From the IMG/VR virus record IMGVR_UViG_3300030095_001466, positions 1-28,320 of that record: a DNA stretch of 28,320 nt. The stretch is one strand, 5' to 3'. The notes beneath the pieces are model-generated. The model searched no databases. It saw nothing but the letters and a program-made list of their open reading frames with translations, and was not told the DNA's origin. The position numbers and the translations under genes are program-made. Origin of the DNA: a virus. Its lineage: Duplodnaviria > Caudoviricetes. Below, in pieces: positions 1 to 9,804 of this stretch (positions within the stretch are counted from its first letter, which is position 1; each line of letters begins with the position of its first letter).

Positions 1-99
1 CCATCAGTAGCAGAACTTACCCATTGTTGATTGTCTAAATCATAATATTTTGCACCACCTGATGTTGGTGTAACCTTGATTCTAAACTTATATTGATAA
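1..99. repeat. Terminal direct repeat, copy 1 (circular-assembly overlap)
   Basis: 1-99 is identical to 28222-28320; a CDS reads in frame through the join. Confidence 0.97.
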
Positions 100-1664
100 G
101 AAAGATTACCTGCATTGTCAGGGTCATCTGCGTAGTTAGCAAATGAAAACGTCAAAGGCTCTACGGTACTTCCTATATTTGCAGTAGTAGAGGTTAAGAT
201 AACTGTATTAGATGAGGTACTACCAATAGTTATCGCAGACCTTGATCCTGCATACGGTGTAATTCCATATATAATTGGTTGTACACCAGTTGTATCTTTT
301 GTTGTAGATTCTACACCAAACGCCTTTGTGTTGTCTGCTATAGTCCAGTTTTCTATAAAAAATCCAAAATTGTATGTAGGTACTCTTGTAGCACCTAACT
401 CTAAACCACCATTACTGAATTGAGATTTTAATGTATCTTTTATTCTTATCTGTGTTCTTTGTCTGATCGCAGGTCTTTTTATTATCTTTACAAAATCATC
501 ATTAACTGGTTGCAACGTGCTTGCACTTGTCGAACTGTTTAAAGTCACAACTGGTGATGCTATAGCTTCCGTTCCTACAGACGTACCACTTTTATCATAG
601 GTCTTAAACTCTTTTGAATAAGAACCACCACCATCACTAAAAGAAGTTAATGCTAAAGAAGCGTTGTCTATAATAGTCCAAGCACCTTCGTGCTGAAATA
701 TCCTACAGTTATACATTCTTAGTAATGAGATTAAAACTTCTTTAGCGTTTAGGTAATTACCATTCTCATCTTCTAACCCATCAACACTTCTTATAAATAC
801 TTGTTCAAATGGATTTGCGTTTGATGATCCTGAAGATGTTAACGTGCTAAATTGATTTAATCTACATAAGACTTTATAACTAAAATCTAAACTCTTACCA
901 CTTGTTCCACTTGCATTTTGAATATTTATATTTTTCAAACAGTTTTGAATTATGTCAAATACTTCAGGTCTTTCCGTTGTAAGATCAATATTGTAACCAT
1001 TAATAGTACCTATTAAATCAGAAGCATATACTTCGACAACAAATGGAGGTGAGGTGATAGGAAGAGTGTAACTGTCTTGCATAATAAAACCAGTCCAAAA
1101 GTTTCTGAATATCTCATAGTTTTGAGCAACGGTTGTAGAAAAAATACTTTCATCAACTTCTATAAATGTATCAGATACTATATTAACAACATTAGCCAAT
1201 TTACCAGTTGTAGTGTTAATTGCTAAATCACCTACTTTAACCGTTGATGTAAATGATGCAGTAGTGTCTTTAAGTTGTTCTTCTTCTGATGCACCAGTAT
1301 CGGTTTCACCACTTGCAAATCTTCTTAATACTTTTATTTTAAACTCTCTATCATAAGTAGGTGTAAGAAATTCAAACTCACTTCTTTCCCAAAAGAAGTT
1401 AGCAGTATTCCAATTAGTATCTTCATCCTCCCATTGTGATCCACCAGTAGATTCTTCAACGTAGAACCTCAACTTACAAGTAGAACCAATTATTGGTTGA
1501 AAGTAATCATCATCTTGTGAGTAGTTAATAACTACTGGACTCTTAGCGAGAGTAATATTATTACTTAAAGAACCACTATATCCATATTGAAATATCTGAA
1601 GACGAAATTTATTGTTGTCGTTATCAAAGAAATTGGTTGCATATTTTTCAACGTATGATGACAT
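1..1664 (-). CDS. Putative tail-tip/structural protein, 5' part; continues across the junction into 28221..27546 (~779 aa total)
   Basis: ATG at 1664, just after the tape-measure stop: MSSYVEKYATNFFDNDNNKFRLQIFQYGYSGS... Frame was open wherever I translated it (both ends) and is in frame with ORF 27546..28121 after circularisation. Function inferred from position after the TMP. Confidence 0.8.
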   Translation of the reverse strand, partial: MSSYVEKYATNFFDNDNNKFRLQIFQYGYSGSLSNNITLAKSPVVINYSQDDDYFQPIIGSTCKLRFYVEESTGGSQWEDEDTNWNTANFFWERSEFEFLTPTYDREFKIKVLRRFASGETDTGASEEEQLKDTTASFTSTVKVGDLAINTTTGKLANVVNIVSDTFIEVDESIFSTTVAQNYEIFRNFWTGFIMQDSYTLPITSPPFVVEVYASDLIGTINGYNIDLTTERPEVFDIIQNCLKNINIQNASGTSGKSLDFSYKVLCRLNQFSTLTSSGSSNANPFEQVFIRSVDGLEDENGNYLNAKEVLISLLRMYNCRIFQHEGAWTIIDNASLALTSFSDGGGSYSKEFKTYDKSGTSVGTEAIASPVVTLNSSTSASTLQPVNDDFVKIIKRPAIRQRTQIRIKDTLKSQFSNGGLELGATRVPTYNFGFFIENWTIADNTKAFGVESTTKDTTGVQPIIYGITPYAGSRSAITIGSTSSNTVILTSTTANIGSTVEPLTFSFANYADDPDNAGNLSYQYKFRIKVTPTSGGAKYYDLDNQQWVSSATD

Positions 1665-1669
1665 ATCAT

Positions 1670-3520
1670 TTATCCAGTTACTCTTGTTCTAAAATCTCCT
1701 GCTCTTTCAAGTGCTAATATTAAGTCTTGACCTCTAAGTGTAAACTCACCTCTTGATCTGTTTCCTATTGTACCCATCATCTGTGGTAATCTGTTTAATG
1801 GTATTACTGCTTCTGATTGACCTGCCTCACCAATTATACCCATAGTTGGTTTTGTTACTATACCACCATTTGCAAATTTTTTCGCACCTTTGTCTCTTGT
1901 CATAGCTGATATGACACCTGCACCTGCAACGACAGCTAAAGTCGTTTTGATCATCTTACCTACATTTATAACACTACCACCAAATAGCATTGCTCTAAGT
2001 GCTGTAGCAATAACTAAAGCAATAGTCATTTGGAGTATCATTTTTGACAAAGAATTAATTATTTCTTTTACTGATTTATCAGCTTGAAAAGCCATCCCTA
2101 CAAGTGAAGAACCTACAGCTAATGCTATGCTTTCAAATCCATCTTTCATTTTTTGAGAAAAATCAAATGTTTCTTCAGTAGTTTCTACTACTTCTCTTCT
2201 CACGTTTGACAACCCATTTGCAATTTGATCTGCAATCTTTTTGACTTGTGTAAGTAGTTCTACTGTTTGATGTGCATTAATATTAAGATTATCAAAACTT
2301 GTACTTGTCGATTCTACTGCTTCATCTGCTTCCTTTGTAGGTTGTAATATGTTTTCTAATTGTAATTTAAAAGACTCATAAGCTAATGTTGCTTCTTGCA
2401 CTTTTAACTTTTGATTATCAACAGCTATTGTTGTGTTTTCAAGTAATGTTCTATATGTAGATAATCCTTGATTTTCTTTAACTCTATTATCTATTGCTTT
2501 TTGGAAAACTTCTTCTGCTCTATTTCTAGCATCTACTAAATTTGAAAACTCTTCTTGTTCTTGAATTATAGCATCTCGACCTTTTAATGCTTCTTGATTT
2601 ATTTGTTTTTCTAACTCTAAATACTTTTGTTCTAATAAAAGTTTTCTGATATCAAATAATTTTTTATCATTTCCTGCTAAATTTTCAGTTGATGAGTTCA
2701 TATCATCAAGTTCTTTTTTAGTAGCTTTAAAATCATTTAGCAATGCTCTCTGAGGATTTATAATTCTAGTAATATTTTCAAACAAACTTTTAAATCCACC
2801 TATAACACTTGTAAGCATTGGCATCAATGCTTCACCTATTTCATTTTTAAGTGTATCAAAACTATCACCTAAGTTAGATATCTGACCACCTAATGTTCTT
2901 GATATACCAACCATTGCACCAGTAACACCTTCTAAATCACCAAGAGAAAGTATGTAGTTTTGTATTGCATCAGATGTGAAATCTACTTGTGTCTTTACGT
3001 TTTTGAAAGTGAATGTTACTTGATCCCCTTGTTTCTCTGCTCTTATACCAAACTCTTTTAACCTTTCAAACTCACCAACCTGAGCATCTATGATAGCTTC
3101 TGCTAACATAACAAACTCCTTACCAGTAGATGATGCAAGATCACCAAGTTTTCTCATCTCTTCAGATGTAGGTTTGAATCCTTGATTAGCTAAACGTACA
3201 AAAGAATCTGTTAACTCAGAAACACTAAATGGAGTTTGTGAAGCAAACTCAGTAATTCTATCTAATGCTTTTTGTGCTTCTGATGTACTGCCTAAAGTAT
3301 TAGTTAAAACTGATTCGAACCTTTGAAACGTAGATGTTGTTTCTATAATCGCACCACCAAATTCCATTATCTTATCTACTGCAAAAGCACCTGCAATAAC
3401 ACCACCAACCTTTGCTAGATTAGAACTAAAACCATTAACGCTTTTTTCACTTTTCTTGATGGCTTGGTTAAACTTACTAGCGTCACCATCAAATTCAAAC
3501 TTTAATCTTTCCGTTGCCAT
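1670..3520 (-). CDS. Tail tape measure protein (616 aa)
   Basis: N-terminal tape-measure motif (FASQTPFSVSEL...LGDLAS), helical middle, hydrophobic C-terminal stretch with FANGGIV..GEAG.EAVIPL; follows tail chaperones. Confidence 0.93.
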   Translation of the reverse strand: MATERLKFEFDGDASKFNQAIKKSEKSVNGFSSNLAKVGGVIAGAFAVDKIMEFGGAIIETTSTFQRFESVLTNTLGSTSEAQKALDRITEFASQTPFSVSELTDSFVRLANQGFKPTSEEMRKLGDLASSTGKEFVMLAEAIIDAQVGEFERLKEFGIRAEKQGDQVTFTFKNVKTQVDFTSDAIQNYILSLGDLEGVTGAMVGISRTLGGQISNLGDSFDTLKNEIGEALMPMLTSVIGGFKSLFENITRIINPQRALLNDFKATKKELDDMNSSTENLAGNDKKLFDIRKLLLEQKYLELEKQINQEALKGRDAIIQEQEEFSNLVDARNRAEEVFQKAIDNRVKENQGLSTYRTLLENTTIAVDNQKLKVQEATLAYESFKLQLENILQPTKEADEAVESTSTSFDNLNINAHQTVELLTQVKKIADQIANGLSNVRREVVETTEETFDFSQKMKDGFESIALAVGSSLVGMAFQADKSVKEIINSLSKMILQMTIALVIATALRAMLFGGSVINVGKMIKTTLAVVAGAGVISAMTRDKGAKKFANGGIVTKPTMGIIGEAGQSEAVIPLNRLPQMMGTIGNRSRGEFTLRGQDLILALERAGDFRTRVTG

Positions 3521-3537
3521 AAATTAGAATTTAGTAA

Positions 3538-3545
3538 CAAATATA
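3538..3545 (-). promoter_or_regulatory. Bacteroidota -7 promoter element (TATATTTG) upstream of the tape measure gene
   Basis: Exact TAnnTTTG in a short intergenic gap. Confidence 0.65.
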
Positions 3546-3551
3546 AATATT

Positions 3552-3899
3552 TTACATCTTAGATATTTTACCTTCTGTCATAGTCTTATTCCAGTCTTTT
3601 AATACGTTATCTAATTCCTCTTTGCTTAACGGTTTAGAGACTTTCTTTTTATGTGAATTATCTTGTGGTAGTTTAAATAGTTTATTTGGTTGTATGCGTT
3701 GTGAACTCTTCGTTGCATTTACATTGACAAGCATAGCAGATATGTAACGCAGTCTTTCCCATTCTAGGTTCTGATGTATCTGAAACGCTTCAGACATTCT
3801 CGTGTTCTCTGCAAACGTATTCTTCCAAAACGTATTAGGGTGTATTCCACATTGACCTATGTAGAAGTCTAAGATGTCCTCCCAAATATCAGTATCTAC
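3552..3899 (-). CDS. Tail assembly chaperone frameshift extension (lambda gpT-like part of G-T)
   Basis: The -1 frame is open from the slippery site: VDTDIWEDILDFYIGQCGIHPNTFWKNTFAENTR, then ORF 3552..3797 in frame. Confidence 0.85.
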   Translation of the reverse strand, partial: VDTDIWEDILDFYIGQCGIHPNTFWKNTFAENTRMSEAFQIHQNLEWERLRYISAMLVNVNATKSSQRIQPNKLFKLPQDNSHKKKVSKPLSKEELDNVLKDWNKTMTEGKISKM

Positions 3900-4270
3900 T
3901 TTTTTTTTACTTCCTCCTTAGCTACTCTTGGTATTCCCATATTAAGATCGTTACCAAGTATCCTAGATTCAGTAAGTGCAGTCATCACCTTTTGTAGTTC
4001 TACTGCACCAAAGTCTTCTAACCAACTACCAACATCGTATATCGTGTAGTCAATAGGGTTCTTCTCTTCTTGATCGTGTGCAATCAAACCTGAATAAATC
4101 AATGCTCTGATTGATGATATGTTAAGGTTTTCTGCTGTGAAGTATTGTTCAAGATCATTAAGACCGATACCGAGAGTTTCTGTGAAGTGACACCAAAAAT
4201 TCATAGAGAAATGGAGGGTTCTCTCTTTCCCTCCAATCTCTATTTTTATATAACCTCTTTTACTATTCAT
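3896..4270 (-). CDS. Tail assembly chaperone (gpG-like)
   Basis: Lies between tail tube and TMP; IEIGGKERTLHFS N-terminus; ends GTA AAA AAA AAG TAG. Confidence 0.85.
   Translation of the reverse strand: MNSKRGYIKIEIGGKERTLHFSMNFWCHFTETLGIGLNDLEQYFTAENLNISSIRALIYSGLIAHDQEEKNPIDYTIYDVGSWLEDFGAVELQKVMTALTESRILGNDLNMGIPRVAKEEVKKK
3899..3908 (-). other. -1 programmed ribosomal frameshift site (A9G, contains A AAA AAG)
   Basis: Canonical slippery heptamer in the correct phase immediately before the chaperone stop. Confidence 0.85.
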
Positions 4271-4309
4271 ATAGTAAAACTAATACTAATAATTAGAATA
4301 TAAAAATTA

Positions 4310-4732
4310 TTAGTTCTGTGCTACTGTAACGCTACCAGTAGAAGTAAAAGTACCTGAAAAAGTTATAGGTGCTTCTGCATCTGCAGTGTAATCAATAGAA
4401 CTTATAAACCCTTGAACTGTGTAAGTAGTATCACCACTTACAGCAGTACCAAATCTTGCAGTTATTTTTGTTCTATTATTTGCGTATGATATCATAGCAT
4501 CGACATCAATAGTATCATCATAAGAAACAAAAGAATCAAACGACACATCCAGTGACCGAGTGCCTGCGATAATTTCACGATAACCACCACTATCTTTAGA
4601 GGTAGCTTCAGGTGTATCTAAAGCAAATGATAAACTTGCAGATGTTGAATGACCAAGATTATAAAATGTATTACCGTCTGTAGAGATACCCAAAACTAAA
4701 AGAGTACCGTTCATTAAGCCAGTGCTTGCCAT
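4310..4732 (-). CDS. Major tail tube protein (TP901-1-like)
   Basis: GHSTSASLS...EATSKDSGGYREIIAGTRS...GFISSIDYTA...TFSGTFTSTG pattern. Confidence 0.88.
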   Translation of the reverse strand: MASTGLMNGTLLVLGISTDGNTFYNLGHSTSASLSFALDTPEATSKDSGGYREIIAGTRSLDVSFDSFVSYDDTIDVDAMISYANNRTKITARFGTAVSGDTTYTVQGFISSIDYTADAEAPITFSGTFTSTGSVTVAQN

Positions 4733-4767
4733 AGTATTAAAATTTAATTGTTAAACAAATAATACTA

Positions 4768-4775
4768 CAAACTTA
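4768..4775 (-). promoter_or_regulatory. Bacteroidota -7 promoter element (TAAGTTTG) upstream of the tail tube gene
   Basis: Exact TAnnTTTG, intergenic. Confidence 0.6.
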
Positions 4776-4798
4776 AATAAGAAAATATATAATTATTT

Positions 4799-5152
4799 TT
4801 ATTCAGATACTGATAATGTTACAGAAGTAGGATTGATTTTTTCTTCAATCTGTGCATCGAGATTAGCTTTCATTTCTGCAACCTTCTCTGCACCGATAGT
4901 AGTCTCACACCATTCAGTCACTTTTGCATTTGTTAAATCTGCAAAAGGTATGAAGTCTGTAATGTCATCAGTAGAGATAACTTGCGTACCAATCATTGTA
5001 GCACTATATGGATTATCTTCTGCATCTACTTGGTCAGAAGTACAGTTGTACCTCCAATGAATGTTATATATAACATCTGTGTTATCGTCTTTTGAAGGGT
5101 AACAGTCAACTATCTTGCAGTCCCACGAGTAAGTATTTTTTGCTTTTGCCAT
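4799..5152 (-). CDS. Tail-fibre-associated small protein (possible fibre chaperone/adaptor)
   Basis: TYSW...VIYNIHWRY...FIPFADLT..V.EW pattern; directly downstream of the fibre gene. Confidence 0.65.
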   Translation of the reverse strand: MAKAKNTYSWDCKIVDCYPSKDDNTDVIYNIHWRYNCTSDQVDAEDNPYSATMIGTQVISTDDITDFIPFADLTNAKVTEWCETTIGAEKVAEMKANLDAQIEEKINPTSVTLSVSE

Positions 5153-5174
5153 AACTTTGTATTTAATATTTTAA

Positions 5175-5182
5175 CAAATATA
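5175..5182 (-). promoter_or_regulatory. Bacteroidota -7 promoter element (TATATTTG)
   Basis: Exact TAnnTTTG, intergenic. Confidence 0.65.
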
Positions 5183-5190
5183 ATAAATTT

Positions 5191-8100
5191 TTAAATCTCT
5201 TTTTCTAGTTCTTTAACTCTAGCCTCTAATTCTTGTATTGACTTTAATAAGATAGGTACTAACTTACTGTAATCAACTTGTTGCATATCTTCAGCATCTT
5301 TATTACCACTAACTGCTTGTGGCACTACTTCTTGAAGTTCGTGTGCCATTACACCATAACTTCTACTATCATCTGCTTTCCATTTAAAATCATACATCTT
5401 AATCTTTGATGCGATATCTAAAGCATTAAAGTCTTTTAAATCTTCTTTTAGTCTGTAATCAGATGAAGTGTTATAAGCAGTTGCAGATGAAGTAACAGAT
5501 ATACTACCGACTTGTGATGTTTGTCTGAAAAATCTAGCTGTGTCACCATCTGAAGACAATCTATTTAATGCCAAAGAAATACCACCATCTGTAGCAACAT
5601 CTATTTCACCTTCTTCAAATATAGCAGTACCTGCTGTTGAAAAAGTGACTCCTGTTTTTCCCACTAAAACATCACCCCCACTTGTGATACGCATACGTTC
5701 TGTTAAGGTTGAAGAAGCATCTGCTTTGGTAAACATATTTATAAAACTACCCCTTTGCCCTGATGTAGAGCCTGATGCTGATGCTCTTATTTCAGCCATA
5801 ACTTTATGGCCTGCATCTTGATAAGTACCAACAAAATTAATACTTCCAATACCACCAGTATCAGCATTTTGATTATCTCCTAGTTCAAGAATACCTCGCC
5901 TATTACCAACGGTTTCAATTACTGATAAAACAGTAGAAGAACTACCTGCACCACCAACATCAGGCGAAGTTGTTCCGATTCCTACGTTTCCTGCACTCGT
6001 GATACTCATTTTTGTAGAATCAGCAATTTGAAATTCGTATGAACCAGCGTTTGTTCTAAAAATTGTATAAGCTGAACCACTTCTGTTATATGATTGTAAA
6101 AGTGTCGCAGTACCTGAACTTTGAGTTGGGTCAATCTCTAGGCCATTTGCACCACCATTAGAAACATTAAAAAGCCCCATTGGGTTAGTTGAGCCAATAG
6201 CTACTTTTCCTGCACTAGAGATACGCATACGTTCTGAATTAGTAGTAAGGAATTTCATATTACCTGCCTCTATTAAATTATGGTTATAATCACCATTTGA
6301 AACCACTTCACTTACTGCCATTAAACTATTTTGGTCATAAAATTCTATACCACCAGTTGCATTACTTCCCCAATTACCACCATCTTGTAATCTTAAAACT
6401 GGAGCAGAACTATATAAATGAAGTAAAGTTGCAGGTGAACTCGTTCCTATTCCAACGTTTCCACCATTTGCAAGTACAAGTTGTGTACTATCATTATGAC
6501 CAATTCCTAAATATGAACCTGTTGCATCTGAATTTGGTACAACTAAATCAATCAAACCATCACAAATTGCACCATTTCTATCTTCTAATTGTAGTCTAGT
6601 AACCTTTGCAGTTGCGTTTGTATCTCTAAATCTTGCGACTGCTGATGCAGACGTACCCATATCGCCAACAACGTGAAGTTTTGCGTTTGGCGAAGTTGTT
6701 CCTATACCTACGTTTCCTGCACTTGTGATACGCAAACGTTCTGTTAGTGTACCTGAACCTTCTGTGCTAAATAGTAATGTACCATTATTAGTATCAACTT
6801 GATCCATTGTAATCCTTGCTTTTGAATCACTTGTTGCACCGCTTTCTACAAAATCAATAAATGGTGCATTTGAAGAATTATGTATTACTATATTACCAGC
6901 AACATCTAATTTTTGTGAAGGCGAAGTCGTTCCTATGCCAAGTCTACGAGAAGCGTCTATCCTCATTGCCTCACCACCATCAGTTCTAAATGAAATATTT
7001 GTGCTAGATTGAGCATCATTGTTATCTGCATCAAATCTTAAATTACCATCAACTGCTACTATTTGTGCATCTCTTGAAGTATCAGAATCAGTCAGTCTAA
7101 TAACTGGTGTGTCACCAGTAATATGTAAATCTTCACTAGGTGAACCACCTATACCAACCTTTGTATCAAATCTAATAGAACCTGCACTATCATTATCTGA
7201 AAATCTTAAATCTGCACCACTTCCGTATATATCCCATTTACCAGTACCACTACCTGCATATAACCTTACGTAATCGCCACTAGATGAACTTGTTGATATA
7301 AACTTTTTACCTGATGCTACATATAAATCTCCATAAAAAGCACTGTTACCTGTTCCGTTAACTGTTACACTACCTGTAAAAGTTACGTCTGCTCCGCCTA
7401 TTGTTAACCCACTTGATGTGGTTTGTAAAAAACTATGTTCAGCACCATTTTTACCAAATGATATTTGTTTTGCATCTGCAGTATCATCTCTTGAAAGTAT
7501 AATGTAACCGTTACCAATTTCTGTGCTATTTGCATCTGCAGGTGTACCACCCACACCAACTGCACTTGTTATACCCTTTAAAATTTCTCCTGAATTTGTG
7601 AGTCTTGCTTTTTCTGAATTATTCGTGTCAATAATTAATGGGTGATTTGTTGCAGTACCAATATGTGAATTACTATCCTGCGAATATAACTGCAAAGTGG
7701 TTGTCTGTGATGTGTCTGTTATTGATATTTTAGGACTTGAAGAGTTTGATAAAGTAACATTACCTGCAAAGGTGGAAGCACTTGAAGCACCATCCATACT
7801 TAAAATAGCAGTTGTATTATATCTTAAATTCATTACAGCACCATCATTGGTTATTGCCATTGGGTGAGTATCTCTAGTATCATTTAATATTAAGCCTACT
7901 GGATTTGCAGAAGCAATTTCTATTTTTCTTGCAAGGCTATTATTATCTTCAAATGATGTACCACCAAAAATTGCATCACCAGTAAAAACAGCATTACCAG
8001 TAGTCGTTGTTCCTGTACTTGTCGTTTGAAACTTAACTGCATTACCTGCATATAGACTCACAGCTTGCCCACCAGTTCCTGCAAAGAAAGCCATATATTC

Positions 8101-9354
8101 AGAGCCACTTGCACTTTGTATTGATATACCATCACTACGAAGTCGTAACTCACCAGTTCCAGTATCAGCTATGTAAGAATGATTTGAATCGTGATATATT
8201 TCTAAATCATTTCCATTACCTAGTTTTATTTTTTTATTATCTGCTAAACTTACATCACCTGCAAAGGTTGAGTTTTGTGAAGAATCAAATGTCAATGCGT
8301 TTGTTCCACCAGTTGTGAAACCTAAACTATCAGTTCCTACTCGATACATACCAGTATTATCATCACCGTAAAAAGTGAAATCAGGCGCACCTGCATTACC
8401 ATTAGCACTTGTACCTATTTGACCATTAACAGATAACTGAACTGCTGATTCAGGTACAAGACCAACACCCAATAAACCTTGAATTTGTATGTTACCACTT
8501 GACTCACTTATGACAGAATCAGTAATCGTATCTGAATCTGACCACTTAACTATCTTACCTGCCGTACCACTACCATCTACAGCACCACCACCAATAGGTA
8601 TCTCAACAACTTGACCTGCCGACGTTACACCAAGTCTTTGTGTTACTGTTCCAGTAATACTACCACTACCATACTGATGTAATCTCATACCAGTAGTCTG
8701 TGCAAAAGTAAATTGTGTTGAGCCACCGACACCTAACTGAATATTATCTGAAACTGTAGTACCACTTATATATACATCAGATGTATTACCCCATAAAACT
8801 TTATTAGAATTATCAAGAAGAATATCTCCACCTGATATTGTTAATTTCGATGATGGACTTAATGTATTAATACCAACATTTTTATTTGTTGCTTCTGCAA
8901 AAAGAATGGTATTACCTCCGTTTGTTTGTAAATTTACACCATAATTACTACCACTTGTTTCATAACTTCTTAAAAACAACATACCATCATTAGCAAAACC
9001 AATTTGTCCACCATCTGATGTTGCGTGACCACTTGAATCTAATATAAATCTAATATCTACAGAACTATCAGAACCTCCATCAATAACTAAAGTTGAACCA
9101 TTTGTTCTATTACCATTTGTCCCACCAACTAATAGACCTTGTTTTATCCACGATTGGTCTGAGGTAGTCAATTTAAAACCAGTTGCAGGTGATACACCTA
9201 TACCTAGACCTCCTGTAGATAAATATAATGGAGAATCAGTTCCACCTCCATCAGTAAGTCTTTTACCACTCGAGCCAATAATTGCATTATCAGTTGTTTT
9301 TAAAAGTCCTAAATATGAGGATGATATATTTAATCCAGTAAGTGATGTACCCAT
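5191..9354 (-). CDS. Long tail fibre with C-terminal Peptidase S74 intramolecular chaperone (1387 aa)
   Basis: G/S/T-rich; repeated ERMRIxSxGNVGIGTTSP; C-terminal SDYRLKE...YGVMAHELQEVVP...VDYSKLVPILLKSIQEL. Confidence 0.92.
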   Translation of the reverse strand: MGTSLTGLNISSSYLGLLKTTDNAIIGSSGKRLTDGGGTDSPLYLSTGGLGIGVSPATGFKLTTSDQSWIKQGLLVGGTNGNRTNGSTLVIDGGSDSSVDIRFILDSSGHATSDGGQIGFANDGMLFLRSYETSGSNYGVNLQTNGGNTILFAEATNKNVGINTLSPSSKLTISGGDILLDNSNKVLWGNTSDVYISGTTVSDNIQLGVGGSTQFTFAQTTGMRLHQYGSGSITGTVTQRLGVTSAGQVVEIPIGGGAVDGSGTAGKIVKWSDSDTITDSVISESSGNIQIQGLLGVGLVPESAVQLSVNGQIGTSANGNAGAPDFTFYGDDNTGMYRVGTDSLGFTTGGTNALTFDSSQNSTFAGDVSLADNKKIKLGNGNDLEIYHDSNHSYIADTGTGELRLRSDGISIQSASGSEYMAFFAGTGGQAVSLYAGNAVKFQTTSTGTTTTGNAVFTGDAIFGGTSFEDNNSLARKIEIASANPVGLILNDTRDTHPMAITNDGAVMNLRYNTTAILSMDGASSASTFAGNVTLSNSSSPKISITDTSQTTTLQLYSQDSNSHIGTATNHPLIIDTNNSEKARLTNSGEILKGITSAVGVGGTPADANSTEIGNGYIILSRDDTADAKQISFGKNGAEHSFLQTTSSGLTIGGADVTFTGSVTVNGTGNSAFYGDLYVASGKKFISTSSSSGDYVRLYAGSGTGKWDIYGSGADLRFSDNDSAGSIRFDTKVGIGGSPSEDLHITGDTPVIRLTDSDTSRDAQIVAVDGNLRFDADNNDAQSSTNISFRTDGGEAMRIDASRRLGIGTTSPSQKLDVAGNIVIHNSSNAPFIDFVESGATSDSKARITMDQVDTNNGTLLFSTEGSGTLTERLRITSAGNVGIGTTSPNAKLHVVGDMGTSASAVARFRDTNATAKVTRLQLEDRNGAICDGLIDLVVPNSDATGSYLGIGHNDSTQLVLANGGNVGIGTSSPATLLHLYSSAPVLRLQDGGNWGSNATGGIEFYDQNSLMAVSEVVSNGDYNHNLIEAGNMKFLTTNSERMRISSAGKVAIGSTNPMGLFNVSNGGANGLEIDPTQSSGTATLLQSYNRSGSAYTIFRTNAGSYEFQIADSTKMSITSAGNVGIGTTSPDVGGAGSSSTVLSVIETVGNRRGILELGDNQNADTGGIGSINFVGTYQDAGHKVMAEIRASASGSTSGQRGSFINMFTKADASSTLTERMRITSGGDVLVGKTGVTFSTAGTAIFEEGEIDVATDGGISLALNRLSSDGDTARFFRQTSQVGSISVTSSATAYNTSSDYRLKEDLKDFNALDIASKIKMYDFKWKADDSRSYGVMAHELQEVVPQAVSGNKDAEDMQQVDYSKLVPILLKSIQELEARVKELEKEI
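5679..6936. repeat. Dispersed direct repeats inside the tail fibre gene
   Basis: 5963-6005 vs 6689-6731 match 40/43 nt; 5679-5705 vs 6720-6746 match 26/27 nt; partial copies at 6206-6236, about 6442-6462 and 6920-6936. Confidence 0.9.
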
Positions 9355-9370
9355 AATATTGTTTTATTTA

Positions 9371-9378
9371 CAAATATA
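9371..9378 (-). promoter_or_regulatory. Bacteroidota -7 promoter element (TATATTTG) upstream of the tail fibre
   Basis: Exact TAnnTTTG in the 24-bp gap. Confidence 0.65.
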
Positions 9379-9804
9379 CTATTTTTTCATTTTCATTATG
9401 TGCTTGTTGTGATGTACTCGGTGACAGTTGCTACACAGTATCTCACATTTACTCATAATCTCTGTTAATATCTTGTCAACCTTACCGTCATAGAAACTTT
9501 TTTTAGATAAGTTTCTTATCTCTCTAGCTATAGCAAATCTTTTTCTTTTAGTATGGTGAAAGTCTAATGCACTAAAGTTTTTATCATAACCACATTTAAC
9601 GCATTTGATATCTACGTGAGTTGCTAGCTTATAAATAAATTGTTGTTTCCAATATCTGTGTCTCTCTTCTCTTGCTATGTTTCTACAGTCTCTGCAATGT
9701 ATCTCAGGTTTCTTGTTTGACCTTTTATAATATCTGTCTAATGGTTTATGTTTTTTACAAGTTTGACAAATCTTACCTTCCTTGTCCTCTGTACTTTTTA
9801 ACAT
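9379..9804 (-). CDS. HNH-type endonuclease with Zn-binding motifs
   Basis: CQTC...CRDC, then CVKCG...LDFHH...KCEILCSNCHRVHH. Confidence 0.85.
   Translation of the reverse strand: MLKSTEDKEGKICQTCKKHKPLDRYYKRSNKKPEIHCRDCRNIAREERHRYWKQQFIYKLATHVDIKCVKCGYDKNFSALDFHHTKRKRFAIAREIRNLSKKSFYDGKVDKILTEIMSKCEILCSNCHRVHHNKHIMKMKK

Noticed and set aside
5679-6936. Fibre repeats as CRISPR array, DGR or shufflon
   Set aside because: Repeats are in-frame, degenerate, irregularly spaced and direct; no cas, reverse transcriptase or invertase gene.
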